A stretch of DNA of 64,000 bases, taken from contig CAVONQ010000004.1 in the NCBI GenBank assembly GCA_963697335.1, forward strand, positions 8,747 through 72,746. The letters are read 5' to 3'. The DNA is from an uncultured cyanobacterium. Its GTDB lineage: Bacteria > Cyanobacteriota > Cyanobacteriia > PCC-6307 > Cyanobiaceae. The notes beneath the pieces were generated by a model. It ran no database searches. It had not been told where the DNA came from and saw nothing but the letters and a program-made list of their open reading frames with translations. Shown here in pieces: positions 10,860 to 22,047 of this stretch. The first letter of the stretch is position 1. Every line of letters begins with the position of its first letter. Both the position numbers and the translations under genes were made by a program.

Positions 10860-12332
10860 TCAGCGGCGGCGCAGCAGGCCCGCCAGCCCCTTGCGGCTGG
10901 GGTCGGCATCCTGGCCCTGGGAGAAGCGCTCCACCTCGGCGGCCTCGGGCGTCGGCTCCTTGATGCCACAGACATCCCGGTACATGGCGTCGTAGGCGAG
11001 GGCAGAGCGGGCCCAGCTGAGGTCCATGCCCATGCCGCGGCGCTGCAGCTGCTGCCAGCTGTCCTGGTGCCGGTAGGCCTCCCAGGAACGCACAATCGCG
11101 GTGTAGAAGTCGATGGGCTCGAAGCGGTCGAAGCCGTAGCCCGTGCCCGTGCCGGCCAGGGGGTCGTTGGGGGGCACGGTGTCCACCAGCCCGCCCACCA
11201 TCCGCACCACGGGCACCGAGCCGTAGCGCATCGCCAGCATCTGGCTGATGCCACAGGGCTCGAAGCGGCTGGGCATCAGGAAGGCATCACTGCCCCCGTA
11301 GATCAACCGTGCCAGGGCGTCGTCGTAGGTGAGGAACACCGCGAAGCGGCCAGGATGGCGGGCCGCCATCTGCCAGAGGCCCGATTCGATGTTGCGATCG
11401 CCTGTGCCGAGCACCACGATCTGACTGTCGGTGTAGGCGAGCACTCGATCGGCCACCTGCAGCAGGAGATCCACCCCCTTCTGGTCCACCAGCCGGCTCA
11501 CCACTCCCATCAGGTAGGAGCGCGGGCTCGGCGTCAGGCCGAAGTGTTTCTGCAGGGCCTGTTTGTTTTCGGCCCGGGGGGCCAGGTCGGCGGCACTGAA
11601 GCGGGCCGGCAGGCTGGGATCGGTGGCGGGATTCCAGTCCTCGGTGTCGATGCCGTTGAGGATGCCGCGCAGTTTGCCGCTGATGAAATTGAGCAGACCA
11701 TCCAGCGCCTCGCCGTACTGCGGCGTGCGGATCTCCTTGGCGTAGGTGGGTGACACGGCATTGACGCGGTCGGCATAGAGAAGCGCCGCAGCCATCGTGT
11801 GGTCGCCCTGCATGTACCACGGGCACCAGGTCATGCCGTCCAGCTTCCAGCGCCAGGGGCCCTGATAGCGCAGATTGTGAATGGTGAACACCGTGCTGAC
11901 TTCCGGGTCCTGATGCATCCACACCGGCAGCATGCCCGTGTGCCAGTCGTGGCAGTGCAGCACCTGGGGCTTCCAGTGATGCCAGCAGAATTCCGCCGTG
12001 GCACTGGCAAAAAAGGTGAAGCGCCAATCCTCATCCTCGCCGCCGTAGATGCGCTCGGCGTCGAACACGGGATGGCCCACCAGATAGAGCAGCAGGCCGT
12101 TGCTGGGATGGCGGGCCTCGAACACCGCGAAGTCGTTGCCCATGGTGTGACCGCGCCACACCGGTTCAGCCGGGATCTGCAGACGCGACCAGAGCCGGCC
12201 ATAGCCGGGGAGGATGGTGCGCACGTCGTGGCCGAGGGCCGCCAGGGCCGGCGGCAGCGAGCCCACCACATCCCCCATGCCCCCCACCTTGACCAGCGGG
12301 GCGCATTCAGCTGCTGCAAACAGAACCCGCAT
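10860..12332 (-). CDS. glgA: glycogen synthase
   Basis: [39 protein letters not shown]. Confidence 0.97.
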   Translation of the reverse strand: MRVLFAAAECAPLVKVGGMGDVVGSLPPALAALGHDVRTILPGYGRLWSRLQIPAEPVWRGHTMGNDFAVFEARHPSNGLLLYLVGHPVFDAERIYGGEDEDWRFTFFASATAEFCWHHWKPQVLHCHDWHTGMLPVWMHQDPEVSTVFTIHNLRYQGPWRWKLDGMTWCPWYMQGDHTMAAALLYADRVNAVSPTYAKEIRTPQYGEALDGLLNFISGKLRGILNGIDTEDWNPATDPSLPARFSAADLAPRAENKQALQKHFGLTPSPRSYLMGVVSRLVDQKGVDLLLQVADRVLAYTDSQIVVLGTGDRNIESGLWQMAARHPGRFAVFLTYDDALARLIYGGSDAFLMPSRFEPCGISQMLAMRYGSVPVVRMVGGLVDTVPPNDPLAGTGTGYGFDRFEPIDFYTAIVRSWEAYRHQDSWQQLQRRGMGMDLSWARSALAYDAMYRDVCGIKEPTPEAAEVERFSQGQDADPSRKGLAGLLRRR

Positions 12333-12374
12333 GCTGATCGGCCCAGGGAGGGCGCAACTTTAGGGGGGGTCCCG

Positions 12375-12950
12375 TCAGGGCAACACGGTGACCGGGGTGC
12401 CCACGCTGACCAGGTCGAAGAGCTCCCGGGCATGCTCATCGAGCAGCCTCACACAGCCGTGGGAGACGGCCTGGCCGACACTCTCGCGGTTGGGGGTGCC
12501 GTGGAAGCCGGAGCTGACGCAGCCCTCCACCACCAGGTACTCGCGGCCATTGAAGCCGCTGCGTCCGAGGCAGTCGCGGTGAAAGCCGATCCAACGGCTG
12601 CCCAGGGGATTGGCGGGCCCGGGGGGCACGCGCTGGCCCGTGGCGGGATGCTCCCAGATCGGATCCTTCACCAGCTCGATCACCTGAAACCGCCCCACCG
12701 GCGTCTCCCAGCCGGGCCGGCCCACGGCCACGGGGAAGCGGCGCACTTCCCGGCCGCTGTCCAGAACCCGCACATGGCGCTGGCGCCGATCGAGCACCAG
12801 TTCCCGTTGCGGGCCTGGCTTCCCTGACACCGCCACGGCGCCCGGCTGAGCGGCCGACCCCCCCACCGGCTGCAGGGCAGCCAGTCCAGCCCCGACCAGG
12901 GCAGGCAGGGCCAGCCGAAGCACTGGCCTGGGCAGGCGACTTGACCTCAC
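12375..12950 (-). CDS. L,D-transpeptidase (YkuD) family protein
   Basis: [28 protein letters not shown]...SHGCVRL; GTG 12950 overlaps the menB TGA. Confidence 0.88.
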   Translation of the reverse strand: MRSSRLPRPVLRLALPALVGAGLAALQPVGGSAAQPGAVAVSGKPGPQRELVLDRRQRHVRVLDSGREVRRFPVAVGRPGWETPVGRFQVIELVKDPIWEHPATGQRVPPGPANPLGSRWIGFHRDCLGRSGFNGREYLVVEGCVSSGFHGTPNRESVGQAVSHGCVRLLDEHARELFDLVSVGTPVTVLP

Positions 12951-13792
12951 GGCAGCCAGGCGGAGCCGGAGAAGTCCGGCGGGCGCTTCTCCAGGAAGGC
13001 ATCGCGCCCCTCCTGGGCCTCGGCGGTTCGGTAGAAGAGGTGGGTGGCCTGGCCGGCCAGCTCCTGAAGCCCGGCCATGCCGTCGGTTTCGGCGTTGAAG
13101 GCGGCCTTGAGACAACGGATGGCGGTGGGGCTGTGCTGCAGCACCTCCCGGGCCCAGGCCAGGCCCTCGGCCTCCAGCTGCTCCAGCGGCACCACCGCAT
13201 TCACCAGCCCCATGGCCAGGGCCTGGTCGGCGTCGTACTGGCGGCACAGGAACCAGATCTCCCGGGCCTTGCGCTGGCCCACCACCCGGGCGAGGTAGGA
13301 GGCCCCGAAGCCGCCATCGAAGCTGCCCACCCGCGGGCCGGTCTGACCGAAGCGGGCGTTGTCGGCGGCGATCGAGAGGTCGCAGAGCAGGTGCAGCACC
13401 TGGCCACCGCCGATGGCGTAGCCCGCCACCAGGGCGATCACCACCTTCGGCAGGCTGCGAATCAGCCGCTGCAGGTCAAGCACATTGAGCCGGGGCAGAC
13501 CCTGCTCATCCACGTAACCGCCATCGCCGCGCACGCTCTGGTCGCCGCCGGCGCAGAAGGCCCAGCCCCCATCGGCCGCCGGGCCGGCCCCGGTGAACAG
13601 CACCACGCCGATGCGAGGGTTGTCGCGCACCCGGGCAAAGGCATCGCAGAGCTCCTGCACCGTGAGGGGCCGGAAGGCATTGCGCTTGTGGGCCCGGTCA
13701 ATGGTGATGCGGGCGATGCCCTCGTCGCAGAGTTCAAAGCGGATGTCCTGGTAGCGACCGGCCTCTTGCCAGCTCACGGGAACGGCGGTCAT
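12947..13792 (-). CDS. menB: 1,4-dihydroxy-2-naphthoyl-CoA synthase
   Basis: [43 protein letters not shown]. Confidence 0.97.
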   Translation of the reverse strand: MTAVPVSWQEAGRYQDIRFELCDEGIARITIDRAHKRNAFRPLTVQELCDAFARVRDNPRIGVVLFTGAGPAADGGWAFCAGGDQSVRGDGGYVDEQGLPRLNVLDLQRLIRSLPKVVIALVAGYAIGGGQVLHLLCDLSIAADNARFGQTGPRVGSFDGGFGASYLARVVGQRKAREIWFLCRQYDADQALAMGLVNAVVPLEQLEAEGLAWAREVLQHSPTAIRCLKAAFNAETDGMAGLQELAGQATHLFYRTAEAQEGRDAFLEKRPPDFSGSAWLP

Positions 13793-15606
13793 GGAGGCGG
13801 GGCCGGGACGCTGGCCATTCTGCGCAGGGCCTGCCGCTCGGCGGCGTCGCGACGGCGGTCGCTGCAGAGCCGCAGCAGAGCCAGCGGTTGCTCGAGGGCC
13901 CAGCTCAGGGCCGGCGGCAGCTCTGCGGCGGCGGCCACCTCCCGGCCAGGCACGCCGTGGGCTGCGGCCAGGGCGAGGGGATCCACGGCCTGGGGCATGG
14001 CGAACAGCCGCTCGAAATCCAGGGGCGCCGGCTGCTGGGGACGGATCGCCAGCTGCTCGAAGATGCCGCCGCCGCCGTTGTCGATCAGCACCACGGTGAG
14101 CCTCCCGCCCAGCTGGCGCCGCCAGAGCCAGCCGTTGCTGTCGTGCAGCAGGGCCAGATCGCCGCAGAGCAGCACCGCCGCCCCGACGGCCTCCGCCACG
14201 CCGCAGGCCAGCGACAGGGTGCCGTCGATGCCGGAGGCGCCCCGGAAGGCATACACCTCCCGGAAGGGAGCTGCGGCGGCAGCAAAGCTGTCCCAGTCGC
14301 GCACGGGGGAGCTGTTGGCGATCACCAGCGGCAGGGAGGGCGGCAACAGCAGGCTCAGCTGGCGCGCCAGGGCCGGCTCGCCCCAGGCCGGCGGGGCCAG
14401 GGCCGTGTCGAGGCCAGCCTGCAGCTGCCGCTCCAGGGCCTGCCAGCGGCCGGCGAGGGCCTGGCTGGCGGTGCCCGGTACCCCGCAGCGGACCTCAGAG
14501 GGCAACTGGGAAATCCAGGCGGCCAGCCCGGCCGGCCACTGGCCCGAGGCCGTGCCCAGCGGATCGAGGTTGCGGGGCTCGCCCTCGCTGATCAGCAACT
14601 GCCGGCCGCCACAGCGGCGCAGCAGGTGCTGCAGCCGCCGACTCGCCGGCAGGGGGCCAAGCCGCAGCAGCTGGGGGGCCAGCAGCGCAACCGGCGGGGG
14701 GTCGGGCAGCAGATCCGCCACGGTCACCAGCTCCAGGCCCGGCCAACCCCGCAAGCCGCTGAGGCCGTCGGCCAGCACGGGCCAGCCGCTGCGCCGCTGC
14801 CACGCCGCCACGGCCTCGCGGTAGGCCGGGCCGTGCTGGGGCAGGCCCCGCCAGGGGCCGGCCACCACCAGCCCAGGCTGATCGGGATCGAGGCCACCGC
14901 TGCCGATCGACGCGGCCTCCAGGGGCCAGGCCAGCGGCCCAGTCCCTGCCGGGCTGGAGGCAGGCCCCAAACCGCCGGCCGGGTCCCGTGCCAGCAGCTC
15001 GGCCTCCAGCCGGGCCGCCAATCCCCTGGCGAGCTCCAGGGCCAGGGCATCCCCGTGCAAGGGCTCCTCCAGGGGCAGATTCAGATGCACGGGGCCAGGG
15101 GGCAGCCCCTGGCAAGGCGCCGTGGCGGCCATCGCCCGCGCCGCCAGCTGCTGCAGCTCCGCGGCGGTCATCGCCGCCAGCCCCTCAGGGTCCCCATGCA
15201 ACAGCAGGCGCACGCTGGCCTGCAGAAACTGCTCCTGGTTGACGGCCTGGTTGGCACCACAGCCCTTGAGCCGCTGCGGACGGTCGGCGCTGATCAGCAG
15301 CAGCGGGATCGTGCCGAAATCAGCCTCCACACAGGCGGGCAGCAGGTTGGCCACCGCACTGCCGGAGGTGGTGATCACAGCGGCGGCGTGCCCCGAGGCC
15401 CGGCCATGGCCGAGGGCAAAAAACCCAGCCGAGCGCTCATCCACGGCGGTGAGCAGCCGCAGGCGCGGACCCTCCAGCAGCCCCGCGGCCACCGCCAGCG
15501 GGCCGGAGCGACTGCCCGGGCAGACCACCACCAGCTCCAGGCCGGCCGCCACCAGGGCCTGGAGCAGGCGCACGGAGGCCTCGAGGTTGCGGCGAGCCAG
15601 GTCCAC
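13789..15606 (-). CDS. menD: SEPHCHC synthase
   Basis: [56 protein letters not shown]; start approximate (GTG 15606). Confidence 0.93.
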   Translation of the reverse strand: MDLARRNLEASVRLLQALVAAGLELVVVCPGSRSGPLAVAAGLLEGPRLRLLTAVDERSAGFFALGHGRASGHAAAVITTSGSAVANLLPACVEADFGTIPLLLISADRPQRLKGCGANQAVNQEQFLQASVRLLLHGDPEGLAAMTAAELQQLAARAMAATAPCQGLPPGPVHLNLPLEEPLHGDALALELARGLAARLEAELLARDPAGGLGPASSPAGTGPLAWPLEAASIGSGGLDPDQPGLVVAGPWRGLPQHGPAYREAVAAWQRRSGWPVLADGLSGLRGWPGLELVTVADLLPDPPPVALLAPQLLRLGPLPASRRLQHLLRRCGGRQLLISEGEPRNLDPLGTASGQWPAGLAAWISQLPSEVRCGVPGTASQALAGRWQALERQLQAGLDTALAPPAWGEPALARQLSLLLPPSLPLVIANSSPVRDWDSFAAAAAPFREVYAFRGASGIDGTLSLACGVAEAVGAAVLLCGDLALLHDSNGWLWRRQLGGRLTVVLIDNGGGGIFEQLAIRPQQPAPLDFERLFAMPQAVDPLALAAAHGVPGREVAAAAELPPALSWALEQPLALLRLCSDRRRDAAERQALRRMASVPAPPP

Positions 15607-15647
15607 GCCCTCAGGAGCAGGATGGGTCCACCATCCTGGCCACCGGC

Positions 15648-16271
15648 TTGTCCCCCTCCCCGCCAGAGTCCGAAACCAGCCAGGGGCCGGCATCAGCCCT
15701 GCAGAGCCTGCGACGCCAGCTGCTGCCCCTGCTGTTGTGGGTCGCCGTGGCCTTGCTGCTGCGCTGGGCCGTGGTGGAGCCGCGCTGGATTCCCTCCGGT
15801 TCGATGCTGCCCACCCTGGAGTTAGGCGACAGGGTGCTGGTGGAGAAGGTGCGAACCCGCCTGCACCGGCCCCTGCCCGTGGGCACGGTGGTGGTGTTCC
15901 ACCCCCCAGCGGCGCTGGTGGCGGCGGGCTATGCCCCGGAGGCCGCCCTGATCAAGCGGGTCGTGGCCAGGGCGGGGGACCAGGTGGAGGTGCGTCAGGG
16001 CAGGCTCTGGCGCAACGGCCAGGCCGTGCAGACCGACTGGGCCGCCGAACCGATGGACTACAGCTTCGGGCCCGTGCAGGTGCCACCCCAGCAGGTGCTG
16101 GTGCTGGGGGACAACCGCAACGCCAGCCTCGATTCCCACCTCTGGGGCCCCCTGCCGGAGAGCGAGCTGGTCGGGGCGGCCGTATGGCGCTACTGGCCCC
16201 TGCAGCGGTTCGGTGCGATTCGGTTTTCCCGAACAACAGACGATCTCGGCTTGTCGCAAGGACTGGGTTAA
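15648..16271 (+). CDS. lepB: signal peptidase I
   Basis: IPSGSMLPTL, IKRVV, GDNRNASLDSH. Confidence 0.94.
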   Translation: MSPSPPESETSQGPASALQSLRRQLLPLLLWVAVALLLRWAVVEPRWIPSGSMLPTLELGDRVLVEKVRTRLHRPLPVGTVVVFHPPAALVAAGYAPEAALIKRVVARAGDQVEVRQGRLWRNGQAVQTDWAAEPMDYSFGPVQVPPQQVLVLGDNRNASLDSHLWGPLPESELVGAAVWRYWPLQRFGAIRFSRTTDDLGLSQGLG

Positions 16272-16302
16272 GGTTTCGTGGTGATGCGGAGCACACCGGA
16301 AG

Positions 16303-16665
16303 ATGTTCAACCCGGAGTTCCTGACCACGGACAATGAAGCCATCAGTGGCAATTCGCTGATCCAGTACCTCCAGGAACAGTCTCCGGATGTGTTGCAGCG
16401 GGTGGCCCGCTCGGCCAGCGGCGACATCCAGGACATCATTCGCCACAACGTGCAGGGCCTGCTCGGCATGCTGCCGGGCGAGCACTTCGAGGTGAAGATC
16501 CAGACCAACCGCGACAACCTGGCCGGCCTGCTCGCCTCGGCCATGATGACCGGCTATTTCCTGCGCCAGATGGAGCAGCGCATGGAACTGGACACCAGCC
16601 TGCTCTCCAGCGATGGCGGCGATTCCGACCCCTGCGACGCCGACCCCGGCGAACTGAGGCTCTGA
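16303..16665 (+). CDS. DUF760 domain protein
   Basis: NSLIQYLQEQSP, LASAMMTGYFLRQME motif. Confidence 0.85.
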   Translation: MFNPEFLTTDNEAISGNSLIQYLQEQSPDVLQRVARSASGDIQDIIRHNVQGLLGMLPGEHFEVKIQTNRDNLAGLLASAMMTGYFLRQMEQRMELDTSLLSSDGGDSDPCDADPGELRL

Positions 16666-16699
16666 AGGCCTTCAGAAGTGCCGATTGCCGCTTCTGAAG
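16661..16699. terminator. overlapping inverted repeats between convergent genes, possible terminator
   Basis: Palindrome TCTGAAGGCCTTCAGA (16661-16676) and stem CTTCAGAAG(16670-78)/CTTCTGAAG(16691-99); no U-tract. Confidence 0.4.
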
Positions 16700-16744
16700 C
16701 ATAGGAACCCTTGAGACAGGCGTCCCCTGGGCCCTAGGGGGTCC

Positions 16745-17938
16745 TCAGCAACCCGGTTTCTCGGGAACCACGCCCCAGCGCAGCAGGGCGGCATCGACGC
16801 TGGCCAGAAACTTCCAGCTGGATTCGGCCGGAGCCCAGGGACGGGCCTCCAGGGCCGCAGCCAGGGCCTCGAGGCAAGAGGAATCGCAGGGCACCGGCGC
16901 CTCGTAGTGGGCCGGGATCACCTGGCGGACCCCCTCCAGGGCAGCCAGGCGGCGGATCCAGGCCAGCAGGGCCGGCCGGCAGCGGGGAAACACCAGCCGC
17001 TCCAGCACGGGAGCCACCTGCAGCTGCAGGCCACCGGAGGGCACCAGGGAGGCAAACTCCTCCTGCCAGCCCGGCAGCCACTGGAAGGGATAGAGCCCGA
17101 AGTAGGCCTGGGCCCGCCGCAGCCCCGGTGCCATGGAATAGCGCAGCTGCTCCAGCAGGCCAGGCACCTGGAGCCGCTCGGGCCTGAGGTAGGAGGCAAA
17201 CAGCACCAGGCGCTGCCAGCCCCGCTGGCGGCGCTCGGCGCTGTCGTGCAGGGGCTCATCGCCGCGGTCGCGGGCATGGAACAGCAGGGGGGTGGGATCG
17301 GCCTCGAACAGGGCGGGGGGCTCGGGGCCGATCGCCACCAGGGCATCCGTCACCAGCAGGCTGCCGCTGCCGCGGTGCAGGCAGGCCACCTCCATGAACG
17401 TGCCCAGCCCCAGGTCCAGCGGACCCAGGGCCACCCAGTCGAGCTCCTGGGGGAAGGGCACCCCCTGCTCCAACAGCACCCGCGTGCGGGCCCTGGGGAA
17501 GCCCAGCCAGTCCAGAGGCAACCGCAGGGGAAAACTCCACTGGCGCGGACTGATCCACACCTGGGCGGTGGGAAAGGCCCGGGCCAGGGCCGGCAGGGGC
17601 AGCTTGTGCTCCAGTCCTGAGCTGGTGGGCAGCACGATGCAGAGCACGGGCCCGTAGCGCTGCTCCAGCTGCTCCAGCGCCCGGCGCAGTTCCCGGGTAG
17701 GGGGCAGGGCGCCGTAGAGCAGCAACCCCCCGGCCAGCCGCAGCACCGTCATGCGAATCGGCACGGCCACATACAGCAGCCCCTGCAGCTGCTCGAAGCT
17801 CCACACCTGATCGGGGATCAGCTCCCGCACCAGGGTGCGGCGGCGGCCATAGGGGTAGAGCGGCAACAGGGGCCACCAGGGCCAGCGCTGATCGGCGCGG
17901 GGGGAATCAGGCTGGGGTACGGCAGAGGAGGCTGGCAC
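16745..17938 (-). CDS. DUF4336 domain protein
   Basis: WPWWPLLPLYPYG, VAVPIRMTV, TSSGLEHK, LLVTDA, IPAHY; start trimmed to GTG 17938 (in-frame CTG 17977 overlaps the upstream stop). Confidence 0.82.
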   Translation of the reverse strand: MPASSAVPQPDSPRADQRWPWWPLLPLYPYGRRRTLVRELIPDQVWSFEQLQGLLYVAVPIRMTVLRLAGGLLLYGALPPTRELRRALEQLEQRYGPVLCIVLPTSSGLEHKLPLPALARAFPTAQVWISPRQWSFPLRLPLDWLGFPRARTRVLLEQGVPFPQELDWVALGPLDLGLGTFMEVACLHRGSGSLLVTDALVAIGPEPPALFEADPTPLLFHARDRGDEPLHDSAERRQRGWQRLVLFASYLRPERLQVPGLLEQLRYSMAPGLRRAQAYFGLYPFQWLPGWQEEFASLVPSGGLQLQVAPVLERLVFPRCRPALLAWIRRLAALEGVRQVIPAHYEAPVPCDSSCLEALAAALEARPWAPAESSWKFLASVDAALLRWGVVPEKPGC

Positions 17939-17973
17939 TGGCGCGGGCGAAGGGGTTGCCGTGACCGGCTGGT

Positions 17974-18834
17974 TCAGGACTGGTGCTGCCTGAAGATGCC
18001 GTGGCGCGGGGCAAACAAGAAGGCGAGCAGGAACAGGAAGGTCTGCACCAGCACGATGCAACCGGCCGTGGAGCTGTCGCTCCAGTAGCTCACATACACC
18101 CCTCCCACGCTGGAGAACACGCTGCTGGCCACCGCCAGCTGGGTCATGCGGTCGAAGCGATCGGTGAGCAGGTAGGCCGTGGCCCCGGGGGTGACCAGCA
18201 TCGCCACCACCAGGATGATGCCCACGGTCTGCAGGCCCGCCACCGCCGCCAGGGACAACACCGAGAGCAGCAGGTAATGCAGCAGGCCGGTGTTGATGCC
18301 GATCGAACGGGCGTGGGTGGGATCGAAGCAGAACAGCATCAGATCGCGGCGCAGCACCAGCAACACCGCCAGCACGATGGCGCAGATCACCAGGGTGTCG
18401 GTGATGTCGCCGGCAGAGATGCCCAGCACATTGCCAAACAGGATGTGGGTGAGATCGATGTTGCTGCGGATCTTCGAAATCAGCACCAGGCCGAGGGCGA
18501 AGAAGCCCGTGAACACCAGGCCGATCACCGTGTCTTCCTTCACCCTGGACTTCTGTTTGACGAAGCCGATCACGGCCACCGAGCCCACCCCGAACACGAA
18601 GGCCCCCACCGAGAACGGCAGGCCCAGGGCGTAGGCCACCACCACGCCGGGCATCACCGCATGGGACACGGCATCGCCCATCAGCGCCCAGCCCTTGAGC
18701 GTCATGTAACAGGAGAGCAGGCCGCACACGCCCCCCACCAGGGCACTCACCAGCAGGGCCCGCACCATGAAGCCGTGGCTGATCGGCTCCAGCAGCCAGG
18801 TGAGCGGCAGGCCCGTCGCCAGGGAGGCCGTCAT
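17974..18834 (-). CDS. mntB: Mn/Zn ABC transporter permease (MntB-like)
   Basis: ALMGDAVSHAVMPG, KEDTVIG, HILFGNVLG; many TM segments. Confidence 0.9.
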   Translation of the reverse strand: MTASLATGLPLTWLLEPISHGFMVRALLVSALVGGVCGLLSCYMTLKGWALMGDAVSHAVMPGVVVAYALGLPFSVGAFVFGVGSVAVIGFVKQKSRVKEDTVIGLVFTGFFALGLVLISKIRSNIDLTHILFGNVLGISAGDITDTLVICAIVLAVLLVLRRDLMLFCFDPTHARSIGINTGLLHYLLLSVLSLAAVAGLQTVGIILVVAMLVTPGATAYLLTDRFDRMTQLAVASSVFSSVGGVYVSYWSDSSTAGCIVLVQTFLFLLAFLFAPRHGIFRQHQS

Positions 18835-19625
18835 CGCCCGTTCTCGCGGGAGGGGGTGGGGCCCATCAGCAGGTTGGGCGGCAGGCCCCCGAAGGTGAGC
18901 GAGAGGTTCTCCGGTGTGAACACCTCGGAGGTCTCGCCGTAGGCCAGCACGGTCTTGTTGATCAGCACCACCCGGTCGCAGAAGTTGCGCACGTGGCTGA
19001 GGTCGTGGGTGGAGATCAGGATCGAGCGCTGCTCCTTGCGGAATTGCACGAACAGATCGGCCATCAGCTTCTCCGTGCGCACGTCCACGCCATTGAAGGG
19101 CTCATCCAGCAACAGCACCGAGGCGCCCTGGGCGATGGCCCGGGCCAGGAACGCCCGCTTGCGCTGGCCACCAGAAAGGGAGCCGATCGGCCGGTTGCGC
19201 AGCTCCAGCAGCTCGACGCGCTCGAGGGCATGGCGCACCGCGGCCCGATCAGAGGGCCGGGCCAGCCGCAGCAGATTCATTGAGCCGTAGCGGCCCATCA
19301 TCACCACGTCCCAGACCGACACGGGGAAAGCGCAGTCGACGCCATCGCTCTGGGGCACGTAGGCCACGGCTTGCTGGCGCTGGGCCTCGCGCACAGACAG
19401 GCCGTTAATGCGGATGTAGCCCTTGGAGGGGCGCAGGAAGCCCATCAAGGCCTTGAACAGGGTGGTTTTGCCTGCGCCGTTCATGCCCACCAGGCCGCAG
19501 ATGCAGCCGGCCTCCAGCCGCAGGCTGGCGTCGTGCAGGGCCATGGTGCCGTTGTAGTCAACGCAGACCTGGTCGGCCTCGATCCGCAACCGCTCGGCGC
19601 CCAGTGGTGGTCGGGCTGCCCTCAT
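18831..19625 (-). CDS. mntA: Mn/Zn ABC transporter ATP-binding protein (MntA-like)
   Basis: GMNGAGKTT, LSGGQRKR, LLLDEPF, STHDL; start uncertain. Confidence 0.9.
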   Translation of the reverse strand: MRAARPPLGAERLRIEADQVCVDYNGTMALHDASLRLEAGCICGLVGMNGAGKTTLFKALMGFLRPSKGYIRINGLSVREAQRQQAVAYVPQSDGVDCAFPVSVWDVVMMGRYGSMNLLRLARPSDRAAVRHALERVELLELRNRPIGSLSGGQRKRAFLARAIAQGASVLLLDEPFNGVDVRTEKLMADLFVQFRKEQRSILISTHDLSHVRNFCDRVVLINKTVLAYGETSEVFTPENLSLTFGGLPPNLLMGPTPSRENGR

Positions 19626-20605
19626 GGGGTCACTCCGTTGCTCTCAGGGGTGCCCAGACCCCGCTGGATCAGGCCCACATTGTGGCGTTGCATGGCGAGC
19701 AGGGTGGGAGCCGGCCCAGCGGGCGTGGAGAGGGAGTCCACGTAGAAGGTGCCACCAAAGCTGGCGCCGGCGGCCTTGGCCACCTGCCGCTGGGAGGCAT
19801 CGCTCACGGTGCTCTCGCAGAACACCGCGGGCACCTGGCGGTCGCGGACCATGTCGATCAGGCGGGCCATCCGCTTGGGCGTGACCTGACTCTCGGCGTT
19901 CACCGGCCAGAGGTAGGCCTCGGTGAGGCCGTAGTCATGGGCGAGATAGGTGAACGCGCCCTCGCAGGTGGCCAGCAGCCGCCGCGACTCCGGAATCGTG
20001 GCCAGGGAAGCTCGCAGCTCCTGATCCAGCTGGGCCAGCTGTTGTTTGTAGGCCTCGCCATTGGCCCGGAAGCTGGCGGCGCCGTCGGGGTCCAGGCGAG
20101 TGAAGGCGCTCACGATGTTGTCGATGTAGCGCTTGGCCTTCTGGGGCGACATCCAGGCATGGGGATTGGGCTTGCCGGCGTAGGCATCCTCGGCGATGGG
20201 CAGGGGTGTGATCCCCTCGGTGAGCGTGACCACGGGCACGTTGCCGGCCGCCGCCGTGAACTTGCGGGACCAGAGCTCCAGGTTGAGGCCGTTCTCCAGG
20301 ATCAGGTCGGCCCGGCTGGCACGCTCCACGTCACTGGGGGTGGGTTCGTAGCCATGGATCTCAGCACCCAGCTTGGTGATCGACTCCACCTGCAGGCGAT
20401 CGCCGGCCACCTGGCGGGCCATGTCTGCCAGCACCGTGAAGGTGGTGAGCACCACCGGGCGGTCATCCTCGGGGTCCTGGCGCGCCTCGGGGCTGGGGGA
20501 GTCGCAGGCGGCCATCAGCAGGGCAGCCAGGGCTGCCACGAGGGGGCGCCCGAGGCGGCTCAAGCCGGGCAAGGGGCCGCGGGCGCCTGCCGATCGAGGA
20601 CCCAT
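19622..20605 (-). CDS. mntC: Mn/Zn ABC transporter substrate-binding lipoprotein (MntC-like)
   Basis: lipobox-like MAAC, GAEIHGYEP, NPHAWMSP, CEGAF, YVDSL (H/H/E/D ligands). Confidence 0.9.
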   Translation of the reverse strand: MGPRSAGARGPLPGLSRLGRPLVAALAALLMAACDSPSPEARQDPEDDRPVVLTTFTVLADMARQVAGDRLQVESITKLGAEIHGYEPTPSDVERASRADLILENGLNLELWSRKFTAAAGNVPVVTLTEGITPLPIAEDAYAGKPNPHAWMSPQKAKRYIDNIVSAFTRLDPDGAASFRANGEAYKQQLAQLDQELRASLATIPESRRLLATCEGAFTYLAHDYGLTEAYLWPVNAESQVTPKRMARLIDMVRDRQVPAVFCESTVSDASQRQVAKAAGASFGGTFYVDSLSTPAGPAPTLLAMQRHNVGLIQRGLGTPESNGVTP

Positions 20606-20737
20606 GCAGCTGCTTCAGGTTCCGTAGGGGACGTTACGAAACGCGCTCAGACGACCCGAGAGGCCCCGGCCCGCCGCAATGCTCTGCAACATGGCGGCAC
20701 CAACCGCCTGACCCTGAGGGGGCCGGGGCTGTCCATG

Positions 20738-20761
20738 AAAAACCCCCGCCGCAGCGGGGGT
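20738..20761 (-). terminator. rho-independent terminator downstream of psbA
   Basis: Minus strand ACCCCCGC-TGCG-GCGGGGG-TTTTT, about 45 nt after the psbA stop. Confidence 0.8.
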
Positions 20762-20805
20762 GAGGAGAGCAGAAGCGGCGGAGGCGGGCTGTTGGGCCAG
20801 CAGCG

Positions 20806-21882
20806 TCAGCCAATGGCCGGGGCGGTGAGGGCCACGGGGGTGGACTCCACTGCAGCCAGATCCAGGGGGAAGTTGTGGGCGTTGCGCTCGTGCATCACTT
20901 CCATGCCAAGGTTGGCGCGGGTGATCACATCGGCCCAGGTGGGCACCACCTTGCCCTGGGCATCCAGGATCGACTGGTTGAAGTTGAAACCGTTCAGGTT
21001 GAACGCCATCGTGCTCACCCCGAGGCTGGTGAACCAGATGCCCACCACCGGCCACACCGCCAGGAAGAAGTGCAGGCTGCGGCTGTTGTTGAAGCTGGCG
21101 TACTGGAAGATCAGGCGACCAAAGTAACCGTGGGCAGCCACGATGTTGTAGGTCTCTTCCTCCTGGCCGAACTTGTAGCCGTAGTTCTGGCTCTCGCTCT
21201 CGGTGGTTTCACGCACCAGGGAGCTGGTGACCAGAGAACCGTGCATGGCGGAGAACAGGGAGCCACCGAACACACCGGCCACACCCAGCATGTGGAAGGG
21301 GTGCATCAGGATGTTGTGCTCAGCCTGGAACACCAGCATGAAGTTGAAGGTGCCACTGATGCCGAGGGGCATGGCGTCCGAGAAGGACCCCTGGCCGAAG
21401 GGATAGATCAGGAACACGGCAAAGGCAGCCGACAGAGGGGCGCTGTAGGCCACACAGATCCAGGGCCGCATGCCGAGGCGGTAGCTGAGCTCCCACTGAC
21501 GGCCCATGTAGGCCGAGATGCCGATCAGGAAGTGGAACACCACCAGCTGGTACGGGCCGCCGTTGTAGAGCCACTCGTCGAGGCTGGCGGCTTCCCAGAT
21601 GGGATAGAAGTGCAGGCCGATGGCATTGCTGGAGGGCACAACAGCACCGGAGATGATGTTGTTGCCATACAGGAAGGAGCCGGCTACAGGCTCACGGATG
21701 CCGTCAATGTCAACGGGGGGAGCGGCGATGAACGCCACAATGAAGCAGATGGTGGCCGCCAGAAGGCAGGGAATCATCAGCACGCCGAACCAACCGACAT
21801 AGATGCGGTTGTTGGTGGAGGTGATCCACTGGCAGAAGCTTTCCCAGCTTGTTGCGCGGCCGCTGCGTACAGCAGTGGTCAT
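20806..21882 (-). CDS. psbA: photosystem II D1 protein (D1:1-type)
   Basis: [49 protein letters not shown] gives Gln at canonical position 130. Confidence 0.99.
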   Translation of the reverse strand: MTTAVRSGRATSWESFCQWITSTNNRIYVGWFGVLMIPCLLAATICFIVAFIAAPPVDIDGIREPVAGSFLYGNNIISGAVVPSSNAIGLHFYPIWEAASLDEWLYNGGPYQLVVFHFLIGISAYMGRQWELSYRLGMRPWICVAYSAPLSAAFAVFLIYPFGQGSFSDAMPLGISGTFNFMLVFQAEHNILMHPFHMLGVAGVFGGSLFSAMHGSLVTSSLVRETTESESQNYGYKFGQEEETYNIVAAHGYFGRLIFQYASFNNSRSLHFFLAVWPVVGIWFTSLGVSTMAFNLNGFNFNQSILDAQGKVVPTWADVITRANLGMEVMHERNAHNFPLDLAAVESTPVALTAPAIG

Positions 21883-22047
21883 GGCAGGAGGACCCCGAAG
21901 GGTCGGGTATGGAGGAACAGAACGGGCTTCTGGATCAGAAGCTCTTCAAAACCCTACGCAGAACGCCCTGGTGCAACACCGAATCTCAACATTCGTGGGA
22001 TTGCTTCGCAAAACTTAAATGCGCCCGCAACAAAGGCTTCACATGTT

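Noticed and set aside
16745..18727. 660-aa ORF as one protein
   Set aside because: Its first ~250 aa overlap mntB in another frame; only the part from about 17938-17977 is family-like
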